Assembly (NCBI GenBank): GCA_965178125.1 | Contig: OZ237739.1 | Span: forward strand, 1,178,001 to 1,242,000 | DNA: 64,000 bases | From: Bilabrum cf. latius | Taxonomy: Eukaryota | Direction: 5' to 3' | Shown: positions 60,564-64,000 of the stretch, one piece after another | Layout: every line of letters starts with the position of its first letter | Position numbering within the stretch: the stretch's first letter is position 1 | Position numbers and translations under genes: made by a program | Notes under the pieces: model-generated | What the model was told of the DNA's origin: nothing | Databases searched by the model: none | What the model saw: the letters and a program-made list of their open reading frames with translations, nothing else

Positions 60564-63494
60564 TCAGCCCCTTGATTCCCCCGAACCACCAGTCACATCC
60601 AAGTACCGCACCTCGAAGGAGCGCCCCCCAGCGATCCCTGTCCTGCGGCCCTCCGTCTCGTGCGTGGTCCAGAAGCTGGTTCCGCCTGTATCTGCTCCAC
60701 CGCGGATCGTGCTCACCCCGGACGATGCCGCCACTCGACCGGCCAAACTCACCCCCGAGGAGGACGACTGGATCAGCGCCCTCTGCATATGCTCTCCAGC
60801 GCCGCCTTCTTCATAGCTACCTTCACGGGCATCGTTTCCACTGCGACCATCGGCCTCACCACCTCCCTTCGACACAGGCGCCGGTCCCACCTGCCTGCCC
60901 ACCAATCCATCGTCTGTGTGCCCTTCAAACGGTCGCAAGCTCTCTGCAGCCCGGCCGCTCCGCAAGTTCTCCCGCAGCCGACTTGGAGTAGGCACCTACA
61001 CGACCCCGCCTGCGAGCATCACCGAGCCGCTCCCGCTTGCAGTCCCCGCAGCTGAGGCAACGTCCCACGGGCCCGGGATAGACGCGCCCGACTGCACGCT
61101 GGTCACACTAGATTCCTTCGACCTATTCGTCACACCGGCGTTCTTCTGCTGCTGCACGGCTCGATCGCGATCCCACTTACGCTTCGGTGGGGCCTGGCCA
61201 CTGCTGTGTGGATGCTAGTCGGCTTGGCTTGCCATTGCTTGACCGGCCTGCGGTGCATCGGCACCGTGTCTGAAATCGTCGCCGGCCCCGCCCAGCACGG
61301 CATATCCCGTCTCTGCGAGCTCAGCACGAGGCCGCTGCATTGATCTGTCGATCTATCCCGCCTTGCTTGTCTGCGGTCGCGTGGCCGTGCCAGTGTGCGC
61401 TGTGTTTGAGGAGAAGGCGACCGCGTGCACTGCATTGTGGCTCGGCGCACTGGAGGGGGCCTGGCCATCAGCGCCGCTTGAGCTCCGCAAACCAGTAGCA
61501 GTGTCGAATCGGTCGCCGTGGTTCTGGCGGTACCGCATGCCTAGCCCGCGCGATAGCGTGCTGCTTGGGTGATGCATGCCCGAACTGCTGGCAGTGTGGA
61601 GCTGGCCGGTGCTGTGGGCAGAGGAGGCCGCAAGTACCTGCACCTAGAGCGAAGCATCGTCATGCGCTGCGCTGCTGCCATTCAACTTTCGCAGGCTGCC
61701 ACCACTGGTAAGCGCCGACTCCGGCGCACCAGAGCCGCCTTCAACTGGGTGTACGCGCGCGGATAGACTCGCCCCTCTACTTCCTCGTACATAGGATACA
61801 CCACCACCACCGCCACCACCGCCACCACCACCGCCACCACCGCCACCACTCGTCACACCAGCACCACCACCAACAACAACCGCCCCGCTCAGGGCACCAC
61901 CACCCGCATCTTTCGAGACGTTTACCTGCGATTGCTGTGCTGTTCCCCAGCCCCAGGGCCACTAGGAGAACAAACCACGAGATGGCTTGGCACTTGTGAC
62001 TTCACCATGAGCAGCTTGTTCCCTGGATTGTTCCCTGGTGACTCCAGGTGGTTGCGCCTGTGCCCTCGGCCCTGCCATGCTGACGGCTCCCGCGCTGGAA
62101 CCCACTCTCCCAAAGACATGAGCCGCGCTCTCTCTCATCACAGCAACCGCACGGTGGCTCGTAGAGCTTTGCTATCTGGCCATCGTCTGCGGGTACACAC
62201 CCGGCCCGGTAGAAGGGGTGAAGGGATCATCACCTTCCATTTCATCGCCAGCAATGTGCCGTTCCTGATACCTAGGCGACAAGCTACCCTACAGGGCCGG
62301 TTGGAGACTGCCTTTGCGCACCACGGGTGATTGGTCCACCAGCTCCAATGAGCTTCCGCCGGTACCCGATGTAATCCCCGCTGTGCCTGACGTCACTCCC
62401 GCCGTCACTCCCGCATTTCCTGAAGTCACACCTCCAGCGCCCGCGCTACTGCCTGTCAGTGTGGCAGACTAACCCCCCGCTAGGAGCCGCGTTGGTCTGC
62501 CGCCCCGCTGCAGCGCACTGCCAGCGCCGATGGGCCGCGGTGCCGAAGAGCCGTCGTGGCTCCGCACACGGCCCAAAGTGAGCCGGGGGTGCGAATGCGC
62601 GGCGCCAGTGCCAGTTCCGCTCATGCTCAGCAACCCGGCGCTGCTGCTGCCCTCAGCCGTGGAAAGCTGCACCCTGAGCTCCTGCGCCTGCAGGGAATTG
62701 CGCGGCCGCCTCGCCGTAGCCTTCCCCATCCGCACGCCCGCGGGGTCCAGTCCCCTGCTCCATGAGATGAGCTGGTGCGACCAGTCCTTGGCTAGTGCCT
62801 CCCCCCTGTAGGCCCTGCTCCTGATCCGATCCCGCGCCCTGACGCGATCGTCACACCGAGCGTCGCTGCTCTCTAGCCCGTCAAGGGCCGACAGCGGCCG
62901 CGAGATGGCTGCCAGCTCCCCGCCCCGGGGCGAGCTCATCGTTCCGTCTCGGCCCGCGTCTGCCGGACAGGACGCAGCAGCCAGCGACCGGGCGGCGGTC
63001 GCTCCTTCGTACAATGCGGAACCAGCGCCTGATTCAGCGCTACTGCTAGTGATGATCGCACCCTTCCTGGCATTTGCAGCAGTGATTCCCTCGGGAATGC
63101 TACGTTCTGACACTGGGGAGTATCCCGTACGACGGCGCCTCGGGAGCACATCGAAGCGGGAAAACTTGTGCTTGCGGCGGCCGCGATGCGCTATGCTTTC
63201 ATTTTGTTTCATTGCAAAGTATCCCGGGTCTACATGGATGCCCTTGCCTGGTTCGCTTGCACCCAGTGCTTTCGCTTGGTCGTGACGTCGAGTTCGCTTA
63301 GGCGGTTCAGCGGCGGGCAGCGTCGTGCATGCTCCTCTCGCTTGGGCTGAGCAAGGCCTTGAGCCTACTGACTGTATAGCGTCAGTTTCTATCCCTGCGC
63401 GCGAGTTAGCGCTGCGCAGCTCGCCGTTTGTGCGACCGCCACCAAGCTGTCGCGGTCGCAGTGTCAATTCCACCTGCAAAACCGGTCGTACCAC
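60564..63494 (-). CDS. Low-complexity Gly/Ser/Ala-rich host protein (about 975 aa or more; 5' end uncertain)
   Basis: Track ORFs at 62469, 61644, 61353 and 60564 share a frame and join through TAG; ends TGA. Confidence 0.6.
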
Positions 63495-64000
63495 GAGCGC
63501 TGAACACTACATTGTGCATTTTAATGGGCTAAGCATTTTGGGTTCGGTATCGCACACAATGCACTGATGGGGAGCGGTAGCATCTACATTAAGGAGAGCC
63601 AACTGGAACGAGTAGGGAAGATCCCCCGAATCAAGGCTGTAGCCAACCCTTTTGGGCAGCGTGGGCTACAGCATTGATCCAAAATATATTCTCTCCGAAT
63701 CAGATGGCCCATAATCCCTTATCTAGCAAGACAGTGCTCTTCAAACGTCAGCGGTGACGTTTTGCCGAGGTTGGAAGCAGTCTCTTACCTGTGCATCCTC
63801 CGTAGCAGTGCTGCTGCCACAAGCACCCATTGAATGACGAATTAAGTTTTCACGACCAGCTCCATCAACGGTCCAAATCAAGACCTGCTGCGTGCATTCC
63901 GCAATCTGACCCGCCGGGGTTCGTACGGCGGCTAGTCGTAGCAGCGCTCGTCATCCTCCAATCTATCTCTAAATGCAGTAAACCCGCGCGCAAGCTACGC

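Noticed and set aside
1-64000. Suppressor tRNA-Gln(CUA) or other RNA genes
   Set aside because: No cloverleaf or rRNA-like sequence was recognised by eye; tRNAscan-SE or Infernal would be needed.

Overview
GC-rich eukaryotic (protist-like) DNA with a complete AT-rich endogenous virophage of about 25.5 kb at 11476-37012. The element has 792-bp terminal inverted repeats, a target-site duplication, and genes for major capsid, penton, packaging ATPase, Cys protease, rve integrase, a short protein-primed PolB, a primase-helicase, a GIY-YIG nuclease and a nucleotidyltransferase-like protein. The main result is that both virus and host appear to read TAG as Gln while TAA and TGA remain stops. Under that code the fragments in the supplied ORF track join into full-length genes, and TAG occupies invariant Gln positions of viral enzymes. 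The virophage sits in a tandem array of about 4.4-4.9 kb units. Each unit encodes a SIM-NLS-C2H2 zinc-finger protein with 10-16 fingers that vary almost only at DNA-contacting positions. Insertions are nested: a 330-bp GC-rich element inside a virophage gene, the virophage inside a 519-bp host mobile module, and that module inside the array. Downstream are an LRR/ankyrin gene broken by two insertions (one a 2-kb TIR transposon), a DENND6-like gene, a 1490-aa nucleotidyltransferase-domain gene and a low-complexity gene. All coordinates and translations were derived by hand and no database searches were run.
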